A stretch of DNA of 64,000 nt from Heptranchias perlo (GCF_035084215.1 NC_090332.1:2232001-2296000), one strand, 5' to 3'; positions 12,464-24,832 are shown, counted from the first letter of the stretch. Notes: generated from the sequence alone by a model not told the origin. Made by a program: numbers and translations.

Positions 12464-13584
12464 ATGTTCGGAGGCGTGATCCTGCTCGCCCTGTCTGGGC
12501 TGAGCCTCGCGAGAAGGGGCGATACCGAGGACCACCACATCTTCGGATGAGCCCTCTGAAAGGAGATGTTAAATTTTATCAGTTTGATTTTTCAGACGGT
12601 GACAGAACCAGACTAAACACCCACGAGCTTTTGGACGGGATTGGGAGACAAAGAAGGGGTGTTTTTAACGATGTCTTAACTGGTTTTAACACGGGGTCTC
12701 CTGTCATCAACAGCTGAGATGACATCGAGCTGCAGACCCAGATTAATGGTTTAAAAATGCAATTAAAGACAGGGTGGAGAACATTGGTGTCATTCAGGGG
12801 GGTGCACACGTTCGTTTCACAGCGGTCCCACCCTACGTCATAAAGTGGGAGCATGGTATGACTGGTACTGACCTCTCGGGGTGCCAGAGCCGGGGATCAC
12901 ACATAATCCTGTGTCCCCAGCACTTGAACGCCTATTCAAAACCGCAGTGCGGGTTCAGAGCTGCTGACGCGAAGCCTATAAACTGCACCATGGAAGCCAT
13001 GGCACAAGGCCATGTTCCCCCACAGGTGGCGTATATAGGAGGTGGGACATATTGCATCACCACAGCAGCGTCTCACTACCAGCACGGTCAGCACAGCTGG
13101 TGTGCGGTGAGTGACAGCAGTTTCTGCTTTAAACCCCAGGCAGAAGTTCAAGTGGCACAGATACGAATTGTCCCCATCCCTGAACCATCCACTGTTCACC
13201 CCACTGTGAAAGAGAATTTCACCAACCTCCAAAAGTATGTAGCCCACTTCGGCTATCAGATTCCCCCCTCTCCCAGAACACCTCGTTAAATTATTAAAAG
13301 CAGTAGGGGTGTCCCAAAAACACTTTTACACGCTGGAACAGAAGACTGTCCAGATAGGGGCCGATATTCTGAGTATTACGACCCCACCCTGGTGGGACAT
13401 CTTTGAGAATATAGAGGTCCCCTCCTGGATTCGTCTGGCATCACACGTGCTAGTAATCTGTCAGCTCGGGATCGTCCTCTACCTGGTTTGCGTCCAGTGT
13501 AGGAATAGGGGTCTCGAGGTAGTAGTTAGAACACAAAGGGTATGGAAGGACCAGTATGCTCGGGTAGACGAAACACCCGTGTGA
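12464..13584 (+). pseudogene. env: env remnant: class I fusion glycoprotein resembling paramyxo/pneumovirus F
   Basis: Signal peptide MFGGVILLALSGLSLA; furin site RQRR followed by GVFNDVLTGFNTGS; heptad DIELQTQINGLKMQL; Cys-rich DLSGC..IILCP..C..NC..G.YCITT; WWDIF then TM HVLVICQLGIVLYLVCV; broken by stops, frameshifts and deletions. Confidence 0.8.
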
Positions 13585-13971
13585 GTTCGGGGACGCATCC
13601 CTTGCGAGCGATGGCAGCCTGCTTCATTATTTTAATAAAGATGGTCCCTTCCGTTTGTTGTTTTCAATAAAGTAATGTTTACGTTTTGATGTTATTTTGA
13701 ATAAAGATTGTTCATTGTTGTGTTGTATAGTATGCGAAATACTGTTTCATCCCAAGTGGTGCAGGGGTATTTGGACCCCTCCGTGCTGGGATTGTTGTAA
13801 TTCAACCTTGTTTTCGATCCGAATACCTGCCATACACTGGGGTTCTCTCCAAGTAAGGGAATGTATGTGTCGAGGGATTAGGGATAGGTAAATAAAGGGG
13901 AAGGTTGTTTGCGACAGTCAGAAATCTTTGCTCACCTTGCATGGACACTTCAAGCAAGTTTAAGTATCCAC

Positions 13972-13980
13972 AGGGGGGAG
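13972..13980 (+). promoter_or_regulatory. polypurine tract
   Basis: AGGGGGGAG immediately before the 3' LTR TG. Confidence 0.85.
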
Positions 13981-15029
13981 TGAAGGGATTCGCAAAATTT
14001 CACATGTTCCCCCCACCCCGAAGATTTATTGGAGTTATTAAAGAAACCCTGGTGTGACTGTTTTAAAAAATCCAAGGTCTCTCAAAATGGCTGCAGTCAG
14101 ACACATGGCCAAGGACTGGCAGATTTGAAATTGCATTTTTCAACAACTTGGCAGGTTTTCGTGTCTAGACAGGTTTCTTTAAACAATGCAGCTGCATTCT
14201 AGCCCTGAGGCAAGCTATCAACATGGCCGGCCAACACATCAAAATTCGAGCAGGAAGTGATCGCAGGACAAAAGGTGAACCATCAAGGTACATTCGGAAC
14301 AATGGTAAAGCAGTTAGCATACAGATCGATACAGGAAACGGCCATAATGTAAATGGGCCAGAGATGGGGTCCTTTGTCTTACGTTTTGTGCTTAAATCAA
14401 ACAATGAAGCAAGCTGATAAGGTATGAAAAAACCTGTTACCAAGAGGGTATAACTGAAGCTGCCCAGTATATTTCTGGCTAGTAGAGTAGCTGCTCTCTT
14501 CGCCTCTTGGCCCTATCCTGTCTGTCTGCTAGCAACTAAGAAGGAAGCCATCCAGTAAACCTCGCAACCACATGTCGACGGCAGCAGCAGGCACAGGGGC
14601 CAGGCCTTTTCATCTGTTTTCACCGGTGAGCATTAATTTTCTGGCTGCCACAAGACAACCTAGCATAAGTGTAAGGTTGGGGGTTAAGGAATATTGCTAA
14701 ACTTGTGATTTTAGAATTTTCCCTCGATGTGTCTGTTTCTTTCAACCCGATAAGTGTAAGACTGTATTACATCCATAGCGATTTCTTTATCTTCTGTATT
14801 ATACTGTTTACCTTGTGGTTTTAGTTTTCTTATTAATAAACATTGGTTTTCCTTGTACCAATCCACTGGTCTGTTTGTCTGTCTTTGTTACCACTCGATA
14901 AGTCCTCAGCTCAGAATCAGGAAGGGGTAAGCGATTCGCAACCGCACTGCGGGCAGGGCAGCTCAGGAAAAACATAACTGGCTGACCTATTATAAGCCCG
15001 AGAAACAGTAAAAAAAGAAACCCCTTACA
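13981..15029 (+). repeat. 3' LTR (1049 bp)
   Basis: About 5 substitutions relative to the 5' LTR (counted by eye); AATAAA at 14835-14840. Confidence 0.95.
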
Positions 15030-16085
15030 GTGTTCCCATTGGTGGAAGGGTCAAGAACCAGAGGGCATAGATTTAAGGTGATTGACAAAAGACCAAAGGG
15101 GACATGAGGGAAAACTTTTTTACACAGCGAGTGGTTAGGATCTGGAATGCACTGCCCGAGGGGGTGGTGGAGGCAGATTCAATCATGGCCTTCAAAAGGG
15201 AACTGGATAAGTACTTGAAGGAAAAAAATTGCAGGGCTAAGGGGAAAGGGCGGGGGAGTGGGACTAGCTGGATTGCTCTTGCATGGAGCCAGCGTGGACT
15301 TGATGGGCTGAATGGCGTCCTTCCGTGCTATAACCTTTCTATGATTCTATGTAGTATATTTGGATTTTCAAAAGGCATTCGATAAGGTGCCACATAAAAG
15401 GTTGTTACGCAAGATTAGGGCTCATGGGGTTGGGGGTAATATATTAGAATGGATAGAGAATTGGTTAACGGACAGAAAACAGAGAGTAGGAATAAACGGG
15501 TCATTCTCAGGTTGGCAGGCTGTAACTAGTGGGCCGCCACAAGGATCAGTGCTTGGGCCTCAGCTATTTACAATCTATATTAATGACTTAGATGAAGGGA
15601 CTGAGTGTAATGTATCCAAGTTTGATGATATAAAGTTAGGTGGGAAAGTAAGCAAAGGGATATAGACAGGTTAAGTGAGTGGGCAAGAAGGTGGCAGATG
15701 GAGTATAATGTGGGGAAATGTGAGGTTATTCACTTTGGTAGGAAGAATAGAAAAACAGAATATTTTTAAATCATAGAATCATCTGCAAATTTTGAAATTG
15801 TGCCCTGTACACCCAAGTCATTAATATATCAGGAAAAGCAGTGGTCCTAGTACCGACCCCTGGGGAACACCACTGTTCACCTCCGGTCTGAAAAACAACC
15901 CTTCACCACTACTCTCTGTTTCGTCACTTAGCCAATTCTGTATCCATGCTGCCACTGTCCCTTTTATTCCATGGGCTTCAATTTTGCTGACAAGCCTATT
16001 ATACGGCACTTTATCAAACGCCTTTTGGAAGTCCATATACACCACATCCACCGCACTGCCCTCATCGACCCTCTCTGTTACCTCA
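15030..16085. mobile_element. CR1 fragments (+ strand 15030-15780; - strand 15780-16085)
   Basis: [26 protein letters not shown] and QGSVLGP motifs. Confidence 0.85.
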
Positions 16086-16754
16086 TCAAGTGACTACACT
16101 TCAAAAGTACTTCATTGGCTGTGAAGCGCTTTGGGACGTCCTGAGAATGTAAAAGGCACAAGTATTTCAGTGCCTTGCAAGTTAACTGAGGAGAATGGGG
16201 AATCCAGGACAATCGCAGCCCGGGGGTGGGGGGGGTGGTTATTGGGAAGGGAGTGGGGAAAGCCTGGGGCAGAGGAGGTCTAAGGATTCCTTGTTGGGCT
16301 GGGGAAGCGCTCCTGCTCCTCATGGCCCACAAAGAACCTTTAAAATGTTTTTTTAAAACAAACTGACCTGGGCTTGATTTGGCCTCAGTCTTGTTTGCCG
16401 TGAGCTCTGGCGGCCACCGCCAGCACCGTGCGCGATTCGTGCATCACCGCTCCCGATAACCGGGGGCGATCGGAGCAGGAACACAATGGATTACACACAC
16501 CCCCCCCCCCCCCCTCGTTATTTAAACCCTGACACCCCTCCCCACACACACCAATCGGCCCCATGTGGACAGGGCGAAAATCAGGACAAAATAAGCACTA
16601 ACAGGACCAGAGTTGTCTGGGGTTGGTAAACTGGATGGCAGATCTCCGTGGGTCAAAGCTGTGGTCTCTGGTATTTAACCCTGAGCTGTGACATCCCACT
16701 GCACACTCCATGGGCCTTGGAGTAACTGATCATACGTGTGTGTGTAGACATATC

Positions 16755-17000
16755 TCCCCCGCACCTCCCCCTCCCCCCGCACCTCCCCCTCCCCCTCCCC
16801 TCCCCGTCCCTCCATCTCCCCTCCCCTTCTCCCACCCAGCCCTGCCTCAGCCCCTCACTCTCCCCTGCCCCTCCCCCTCCCCGCCCCTCCACCGCATCTC
16901 CCCCCTCCCCCGCCCCTCCCCCTCCACCCGCATCTCCCCCGCACCTCCCCCTCTCCCCGCATCTCCCCCGCCCCTCCCTCTCCCCCTCCCCCTCCCCACG
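16755..17000. repeat. C-rich low-complexity tract (G-rich on the TRIM sense strand)
   Basis: ctccccc runs just downstream of the exon 5 donor. Confidence 0.85.
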
Positions 17001-17046
17001 GTGCGAGTCAGGTAAACCAATATGGAAATGATTGGACGTTACTTAC

Positions 17047-17142
17047 ATTTCAGGAGGTCCTCCCTGTTCTTTATTGCGGGAAGGACTCGCTGTTCCTGGG
17101 GGTCCACAGGGAGGGAGGGGCCTGAACTTATCACTTCTTTGT
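17047..17142 (-). CDS. TRIM gene exon 5 (linker)
   Basis: gttcacag|(D)KEVISSGPSLPVDPQEQRVLPAIKNREDLLK(Y)|gtaagt; 96 bp, phase 1-1; the REDLLKY motif typically precedes PRY. Confidence 0.85.
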
Positions 17143-17361
17143 CTGTGAACACATCAGAAGCCGTGGGTCACACCAGGGACAGGGACTCCGAGATTAATTA
17201 CTTATTTTACTCAATTCTGTAATAAATTATCAGCTGCTCAGGGAACTTTGAAAAGCGTTTGAAACTTGATGTGGTTAGTGAGGTTTTACAAAGTGAGGCT
17301 GTCAGCGTTCTTCATCTTTTAACCATGATTCTCCACCCCTGCACCTTGTGTTAGTATCACA

Positions 17362-18260
17362 ACTCCCAGAGCAGGTACAGCACGGGTTAGACACAGAGTA
17401 AAGCTCCCTCTACACTGTCCTATCAAACACTCCCAGGGCAGGTACAGCACGGGTTAGACACAGAGTAAAGCTCCCTCGACACTGTCCTATCAAACACTCC
17501 CAGGGCAGGTACAGCACGGGTTAGACACAGAGTAAAGCTCCCTCGACACTGTCCTATCAAACACTCCCAGGGCAGGTACAGCACGGGTTAGATACAGAGT
17601 AAAGCTCCCTCGACACTGTCCGATCAAACACTCCCAGGGCAGGTACAGCACGGGTTAGACACAGAGTAAAGCTCCCTCGACACTGTCCTATTAAACACTC
17701 CCAGGGCAGGTACAGCACGGGTTAGACACAGAGTAAAGCTCCCTCGACACTGTCCTATCAAACACTCCCAGGGCAGGTACAGGGTTAGATACAGAGTAAA
17801 GCTCCATCTACACTGTCCCGTCAAACACTCCCAGGGCAGGTACAGGGTTAGACACAGAGTAAAGCTCCCTCGACACTGTCCTATCAAACACTCCCAGGGC
17901 AGGTACAGGGTTAGATACAGAGTAAAGCTCCATCTACACTGTCCCGTCAAACACTCCCAGGGCAGGTACAGGGTTAGATACAGAGTAAAGCTCCCTCTAC
18001 ACTGTCCCATCAAACACTCCCAGGGCAGGTACAGGGTTAGATACAGAGTAAAGCTCCCTCTACACTGTCCCATCAAACACTCCCAGGGCAGGGACAGCAC
18101 GGGTTAGATACAGAGTAAAGCTCCCTCTACACTGTCCTATCAAACACTCCCAGGGCAGGTACAGCACGGGTTAGATACAGAGTAAAGCTCCCTCTACACT
18201 GTCCCATCAAACACTCCCAGGGCAGGTACAGCACATGTTAGATACAGAGTAAAGCTCCAT
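17362..18260. repeat. 67/62-bp minisatellite (caaacactcccagggcaggtacagcacgggttagatacagagtaaagctccctctacactgtcc...)
   Basis: ~14 tandem copies; the middle copies carry a 5-bp deletion. Confidence 0.95.
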
Positions 18261-18583
18261 CCACAATGACCCTCTACCTCAGTCATGTGATGTTTGTACG
18301 TCCCAAATGAACCATCATAATGGCCTGAGTGAGAATTTTTAATTGAGTGACAATTAGTGCAGGATTATGATCAATTTTGTGCAGTGGATTTGGTCCTAGT
18401 GAAAATTGGATTGCAATAACACAGACTGGTTTCATTTCGAACTCCACCTGGGAACCCAGAGAAGAGACTTTCATTCTATTTGTCTGGCTGGATTCAATCC
18501 AAGTCCTGGAGATAAAGGGCGGGGTTGTGACCGACGAGACCACCCACTGTCTCTGGAAAGAAATCCCTTAATAAACTTGCAAA

Positions 18584-19150
18584 ACATAGAAACATAGAAA
18601 ATAGGAGTAGGAGTAGGCCATTCGGCCCTTCGAGCCTGCTCCGCCATTCAATATGATCATGGCTGATCCTCTATCTCAATACCATATTCCCGCTCTCTCC
18701 CCATACCCCTTGATGCCTTTTGTGTCTAGAAATCTATCTAGCTCCTTCTTAAATATATTCAGTGAATTGGCCTCCACAGCCTTCTGTGGTAGAGAATTCC
18801 ACAGGTTCACCACCCTCTGAGTGAAGAAATTTCTCCTCATCTCAGTCCTAAATATCCTACTCCGTATCCTGAGACTGTGACCCCTTGTTCTAGACCCCCC
18901 AGCCAGGGGAAACATCCTCCCTGCATCCAGTCTGTCTAGCCCTGTCAGAATTTTATATGTTTCAATGAGATCCCCTCTCATTCCTCTGAACTCGAGTGAA
19001 TACAGGCCGAGTCGACCCAATCTCTCCTCATACGACAGTCCTGCCATCCCAGGAATCAGTCTGGTGAACCTTTGCTGCACTCCCTCTATGGCAAGTATAT
19101 CCTTTCTTAGGTGAGGAGACCAAAACTGCTCACAATATTCCAGGTGTGGA
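18584..19150 (-). mobile_element. CR1 3' fragment
   Basis: QRFTRLIPGM...FFTQRVVNLWNSLPQ; (ACATAGAA)n tail. Confidence 0.9.
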
Positions 19151-19801
19151 GGATGAAATTAGTGTCTCCATGCATCTGTAAACCAGGGTTTTGCTCCAAA
19201 TGGTTTCCCAGTGATTCTTCAGGAATGTGACCATTTATGGATATTGGGTTGGGACAATATCGAGCTTGGTTATTGGTGGACTCCCATGGTTGAACAAACG
19301 GCCAGCATTTCCCTACCCATTTCCCAACCCATAATTAAACATGAAGATTGGTGAGGTTTGAAGGGTCAGTGTCTCTTTTGGATCCATTCCGTAATATTTG
19401 GGGAGGAAACTAGAGGAGAATAAAAGGGACAGATCCTGATGGTGAGACTCTCTCTTTAAGCCAGATTTCCTCTTCCGATAGTGATGCTCCCTTTGTAAAA
19501 GGGATCCTAATTGATCAACTCTCTTTAAACAGGGCCCTGATGGTAAGAGTTCCTCTAAACAGGGTCCTGATGGTAAGACTCCCTCTAGACAGGGCCCTGA
19601 TGGTAAGACTCCCTCCTAATGGAGCCAGTAATTGAAAGAGGTCCCAATGGCTAAAATGCAAAGGTCTACGCGCAAACCAACCTACGTACAAGCAGTCAGT
19701 TGCGGAGATCTGATAATTATTCATACAAGGATTAAATTAGCCCTCAGCAATTTGTACAACGTGCTTTATTTAAGATATAAAGAGAGCAACTGCTAACCAA
19801 C

Positions 19802-19973
19802 CTGTGGAAATCATATTCTCCAGATTCTTCATCCAGGCAGATTGGAAATGCTCTTTGATAAGAGTTGAAAGTCTTGCAACAGCTCTCTCGACCATGCCAA
19901 GTTTTGCGCCCAGGCCTAATGTTGAAGGTGGTGAGGTGGGATTCTCTGCGATTTCATTAAAAGTCAGATATTC
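19802..19973 (-). CDS. TRIM gene exon 4
   Basis: ttctcag|EYLTFNEIAENPTSPPSTLGLGAKLGMVERAVARLSTLIKEHFQSAWMKNLENMIST|gttggt; 172 bp, phase 0 to 1, restores the frame. Confidence 0.8.
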
Positions 19974-20034
19974 CTGAGAATGACAGCCAGGTGGGAAAAG
20001 TTAAGATGTAGCTTGATTCATCGGTCTGAGCTAA

Positions 20035-23000
20035 ATCATAGAATCATAGAAATTTACATAGCAAAAGGAGGACATTCGGCCCATCGTGTCCGTGCCGGCT
20101 GAAAAAGAGCTATCCAGCTTAATCCCACTTTTCAGCACTTGGTCCGTATCCCTGTGGGTTGCGGCACTCCAGGTGCACATCCAGGTACTTTTTAAATGAG
20201 TTGAGGGTTTCTGCCTCTACCACCCTTTCAGGCAGTGAGTTCCAGACCTCCACCACCCTCGAGTGAAAACATTTCTCCTCAGCTCCCCTCTAATCCTTCT
20301 ACCAATCACTTTAAATCTGTGCCCCCTGGTTATTGACCTCTCTGCTAAGGGAAAAAGATCCTTCCCATCCTCTCTATCTAGTCCTGTCATAATTTTATAC
20401 ACCTCAATTAAATCTCCCCTCAGCTTCCATTGTTCCAAAGAAAACAACCCCAGCCTATCCAATCTTTTCTCATAGCTAAATTTCTCCAGTCCTGGCAACA
20501 TTCTCATAAATCTCCTCTGCACCCTCTCTAGTGCAATCACATCCTTCCTGTAATGTGATGACCAGAACTGTACGCAGTACTCAAGCTGTGGCCTAACTAG
20601 TGTTTTATACAGTTCCAGCATAACCTCCCTGCTCTTATAGAATCATAGAATCATAGAAGTTACAACATGGAAACAGGCCCTTCGGCCCAACATGTCCATG
20701 TCGCCCAGTTTATACCACTAAGCTAGTCCCAATTTCCTGCACTTGGCCCATATCCCTCTATACCCATCTTACCCATGTAACTGTCCAAATGCTTTTTAAA
20801 AGACAAAATTGTACCCGCCTCTACTACTGCCTCTGGCAGCTCGTTCCAGACACTCACCACCCTTTGAGTGAAAAAATTGCCCCTCTGGACCCTTTTGTAT
20901 CTCTCCCCTCTCACCTTAAATCTATGTCCCCTCGTTATAGACTCCCCTACCTTTGGGAAAAGATTTTGACTATCGACCTTATCTATGCCCCTCATTATTT
21001 TATAGACTTCTATAAGATCACCCCTTAACCTCCTACTCTCCAGGGAAAAAAGTCCCAGTCGATCTAACCTCTCCCTATAAGTCAAACCATCAAGTCCCGG
21101 TAGCATCCTAGTAAATCTTTTCTGCACTCTTTCTAATTTAATAATATCCTTTCTATAATAGGGTGACCAGAACTGTACACAGTACTCCAAGTGTGGCCTC
21201 ACCAATGCCCTGTACAACGTCAACAAGACATCCCAACTCCTGCATTCAATGTTCTGACCAATGAAACCAAGCATGCCGAATGCCTTCTTCACCACCCTAT
21301 CCACCTGTGACTCCACTTTCAAGGAGCTATGAATCTGTACTCCTAGATCTCTTTGTTCTATAACTCTCCCCAACGCCCTACCATTAACGGAGTAGGTCCT
21401 GGCCCGATTCGATCTACCAAAATGCATCACCTCACATTTATCTAAATTAAACTCCATCTGCCATTCATCGGCCCACTGGCCCAATTGATCAAGATCCCGT
21501 TGCAATCCCAGATAACCTTCTTCACTGTCCACAATGCCACCAATCTTGGTGTCATCTGCAAACTTACTACCCATGCCTCCTAAATTCTCATCCAAATCAT
21601 TAATATAAATAACAAATAACAGCGGACCCAGCACCGATCCCTGAGGCACACCGCTGGACACAGGCATCCAGTTTGAAAAACAACCCTCTACAACCACCCT
21701 CTGTCTTCTGTCGTCAAGCCAATTTTGTATCCAATTGGCTACCTCACCTTGGATCCCATGAGATTTAACCTTATGTAACAACCTACCATGCGGTACCTTG
21801 TCAAATGCTTTGCTGAAGTCCATGTAGACCACGTCTACTGCACAGCCCTCATCTATCTTCTTGGTTACCCCTTCAAAAAACTCAATCAAATTCGTGAGAC
21901 ATGATTTTCCTCTCACAAAACCATGCTGACTGTTCCTAATCAGTCCCTGCCTCTCCAAATGCCTGTAGATCCTGTCCCTCAGAATACCCTCTAACAACTT
22001 ACCCACTACAGATGTCAGGCTCACTGGTCTGTAGTTCCCAGGCTTTTCCCTGCCGCCCTTCTTAAACAAAGGCACAACATTTGCTACCCTCCAATCTTCA
22101 GGCACCTCACCTGTAGCGGTGGATGATTCAAATATCTCTGCTAGGGGACCCGCAATTTCCTCCCTAACCTCCCATAACGTCCTGGGATACATTTCATCAG
22201 GTCCCGGAGATTTATCTACCTTGATGCGCGTTAAGACTTCCAGCACCTTCCTCTCTGTAATATGTACACTCCTCAAGACATCACTATTTATTTCCCCAAG
22301 TTCCCTAACATCCATGCCTTTCTCAACCGTAAATACCGATGTGAAATATTCATTCAGGATCTCACCCATTTCTTGTGGTTCCGCACATAGATGACCTTGT
22401 TGATCCTTAAGAGGCCCTACTCTCTCCCTAGTTACCCTTTTGCCCTTTATGTATTTGTAGAAGCTCTTTGGATTCACCTTTGCCTGATCTGCCAAAGCAA
22501 TCTCATATCCCCTTTTTGCCCTCCTGATTTCTCTCTTAACTCTACTCCGGCAATCTCTATACTCTTCAAGGGATCCACTTGATCCCAGCTGCCTATGCAT
22601 GTCATATGCCTCCTTCTTCTTTTTGACTAGTGCCTCAATCTCCCGAGTCATCCAAGGTTCCCTACTTCTACCAGCCTTGCCCTTCACTTTATAAGGAATG
22701 TGCTTACCCTGAACCCTGGTTAACACACTTTTGAAAGCCTCCCACTTACCAGACGTCCCTTTGCCTGCCAACAGACTCTCCCAATCAACTTCTGAAAGTT
22801 CCTGTCTAATACCATCAAAATTGGCCTTTCCCCAATTTAGAATTTTAACTTTTGGGCCAGACCTATCCTTCTCCATAGCTATCTTAAAACTAATGGAATT
22901 ATGATCACTTGTCCCAAAGTGATCCCTCACCAACACTTCTGTCACCTGCCCTTCCTTATTTCCCAAGAGGAGGTCAAGTTTTGCCCCCTCTCTAGTCGGG

Positions 23001-23735
23001 CCATCCACATACTGAATGAGAAATTCCTCCTGAATACACTCAACAAATTTCTCTCCATCCAAGCCCCTAATGCTATGGCTGTCCCAGTCAATGTTGGGAA
23101 AGTTAAAGTCCCCTACTATTACCACCCTATTTTTCTTGCAGCTGTCTGTAATCTCCTTACATATTTGCTCCTCAATTTCCCGTTGACTATTTGAGGGTCT
23201 ATAGTACAATCCTATCAAAGTGATCTCTCCCTTCTTATTTTTCAGTTCTACCCATATAGACTCAGTGGGCGAACCCTCGGATATATCCCCTCTCACTACT
23301 ATTCTATGCCTCGGCTAATAAAGGAAAGTATCCCACATGCCTTCTTAACCACCTTATCTACCCATCCTGCTACCTTCAGGGATCTGTGGACATGCACTCC
23401 AAGGTCCCTTTGTTCCTCTACACCTCTCAGTATCCTCCCATTTATTGTGTATTCCCTTGCCTTGTTTGCCCTCCCCAAATGCATTACCTCACACTTCTCC
23501 GGATTGAACTCCATTTGCCACTTTTCTGCCCACCCAACCAGTCCATTGATATCTTCCTGCAGTCTACAGCTTTCCTCCTCACTATCAACCACATGGCCAA
23601 CTTTTGTATCATCTGCAAACTTCTTAATCATGCCTCCTACATTTAAGTCTAAATAATTAATATGTATCACAAAAAGCAGGGGACCCAGTACTGAGCCCTG
23701 CGGAACCCCACTGGAAACAGCCTTCCAGGCACAAA
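20035..23735 (-). mobile_element. older CR1 (20035-20636 plus 23299-23735) split by a younger CR1
   Basis: ISRGIE (23299) continues into YKSREVMLELYKTLVRPQLEY (20636) across the insertion. Confidence 0.85.
20637..23298 (-). mobile_element. young 5'-truncated CR1; 857-aa uninterrupted ORF2 part (partial endonuclease plus RT) at 20723-23296
   Basis: GDFNFPNIDW, SDHN, KSPGPD, QGSVLGPLLF and FADD motifs; (ATTCTATG)n tail. Confidence 0.95.
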
Positions 23736-23879
23736 TACTTTGAGTTATTTGCTGGAAAGGTCCCCATCTGAGTAGAAGGTAAACAATCAAACCGTGCGTG
23801 CCAAGGACGTCCTGAACAATGCCTGCCTCGACTTTGCCCTGAGCTGTCAATATTAGCCAAACTGCAATTTAATGTATGT

Positions 23880-24330
23880 GTCGCCCAGTGGGCAGCTCTC
23901 TCACCTCTGAGTCTGAAGGTTGTTGGTTCAAGTCCCTCTCCAGTGACTAAGAGATTTGGGGCTGGTATTCCCAGTGCCGTACTGAGGGAGTGCTGCACTG
24001 TTGGAGGTGCCGACTTTTAGATGAGACGTTAAACCGAGACCCCCGTCTGCCCTCTTTTAGGTCTTTAAAGATCCCATGGCACTATTCAGAGACGAGCAGG
24101 GGAGTTCTCCCCGGTGTCCTGGGGCCTATATTTATCCCTCAACCAACATCACTAAAACTGATTATCTGGTCATTTATCACATTGCTGTTTGTGGGATCTT
24201 GCTGTGCGCAAATTGGCAGCCGTGTTTCCTACATTACAACAGTGACTACTCTTCAAAAGTACTTCATTGGCTGTAAAGCTCGTTGGGACGACCAGAGGTC
24301 GTGAAAGGCGCTATATAAATGCAAATACTT
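23880..24330 (+). mobile_element. Deu-core tRNA SINE (SacSINE1-like)
   Basis: Same head, core and tail as 6833-7290; B-box GGTTCAAGTCC. Confidence 0.75.
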
Positions 24331-24598
24331 GCTTTTAAATATTTGTGTTATCATCTTCCAATGAATCCCTCTAGAAATTATTTATTTGATAATGAAGGCA
24401 TGTGGGTGGCTCCGCCCCCTCCCAGTGTGATGTAATTTAGGAGGCGGGGCTGCCGGGCTCTCCTGTTGTTGTATTTGCACCAGGCTTCTTCTGCTGGACA
24501 CAAGTGTCGTAACATAATATAAACTAACACCCCACACACACCACCCCTTGCTCCCCCCACCCTGCCCCTTGTATTTGTACAACTACTGACCACCTCAC

Positions 24599-24832
24599 CT
24601 GTGAGATGTAGATGTTGTCATTGGTCTTTGAGAGAGCCTCCAGCCGCACCTTCTCCTGTCTCAGCTCCGTCCATTTCTGCTCCAGTTCTTTCTTGGCACT
24701 GTTGGCCTGGTTCAGCTCCGCTCGCGCCTCCCTCTCTATATACTCGATGACTTCCCTCTGCGCCTTCTCCACTGCGCACAGTAACTCAGTGAACCTGCTC
24801 ACAGTCTCGCCCTTCAGCCTTCGGGCAAATTC
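24599..24832 (-). CDS. TRIM gene exon 3 (coiled coil)
   Basis: ctccacag|EFARRLKGETVSRFTELL...LEALSKTNDNIYISQ|gtgagg; 234 bp, phase 0-0, a typical size for this TRIM class. Confidence 0.92.

Larger units (their letters stand above)
8584..15029 (+). mobile_element. non-autonomous endogenous retrovirus-like element (LTR-gag-deleted pol-env-LTR), lokiretrovirus-like
   Basis: Paired 1049-bp LTRs with TG...CA ends, PBS, PPT, gag with CCHC knuckle, RT remnant and F-like env; flanks share GTG (possible short target-site duplication). Confidence 0.9.

Noticed and set aside
18283-18555. Possible additional TRIM exon
   Set aside because: Phase-1 readings from the candidate acceptors hit stops, and the gene model is already in frame without it
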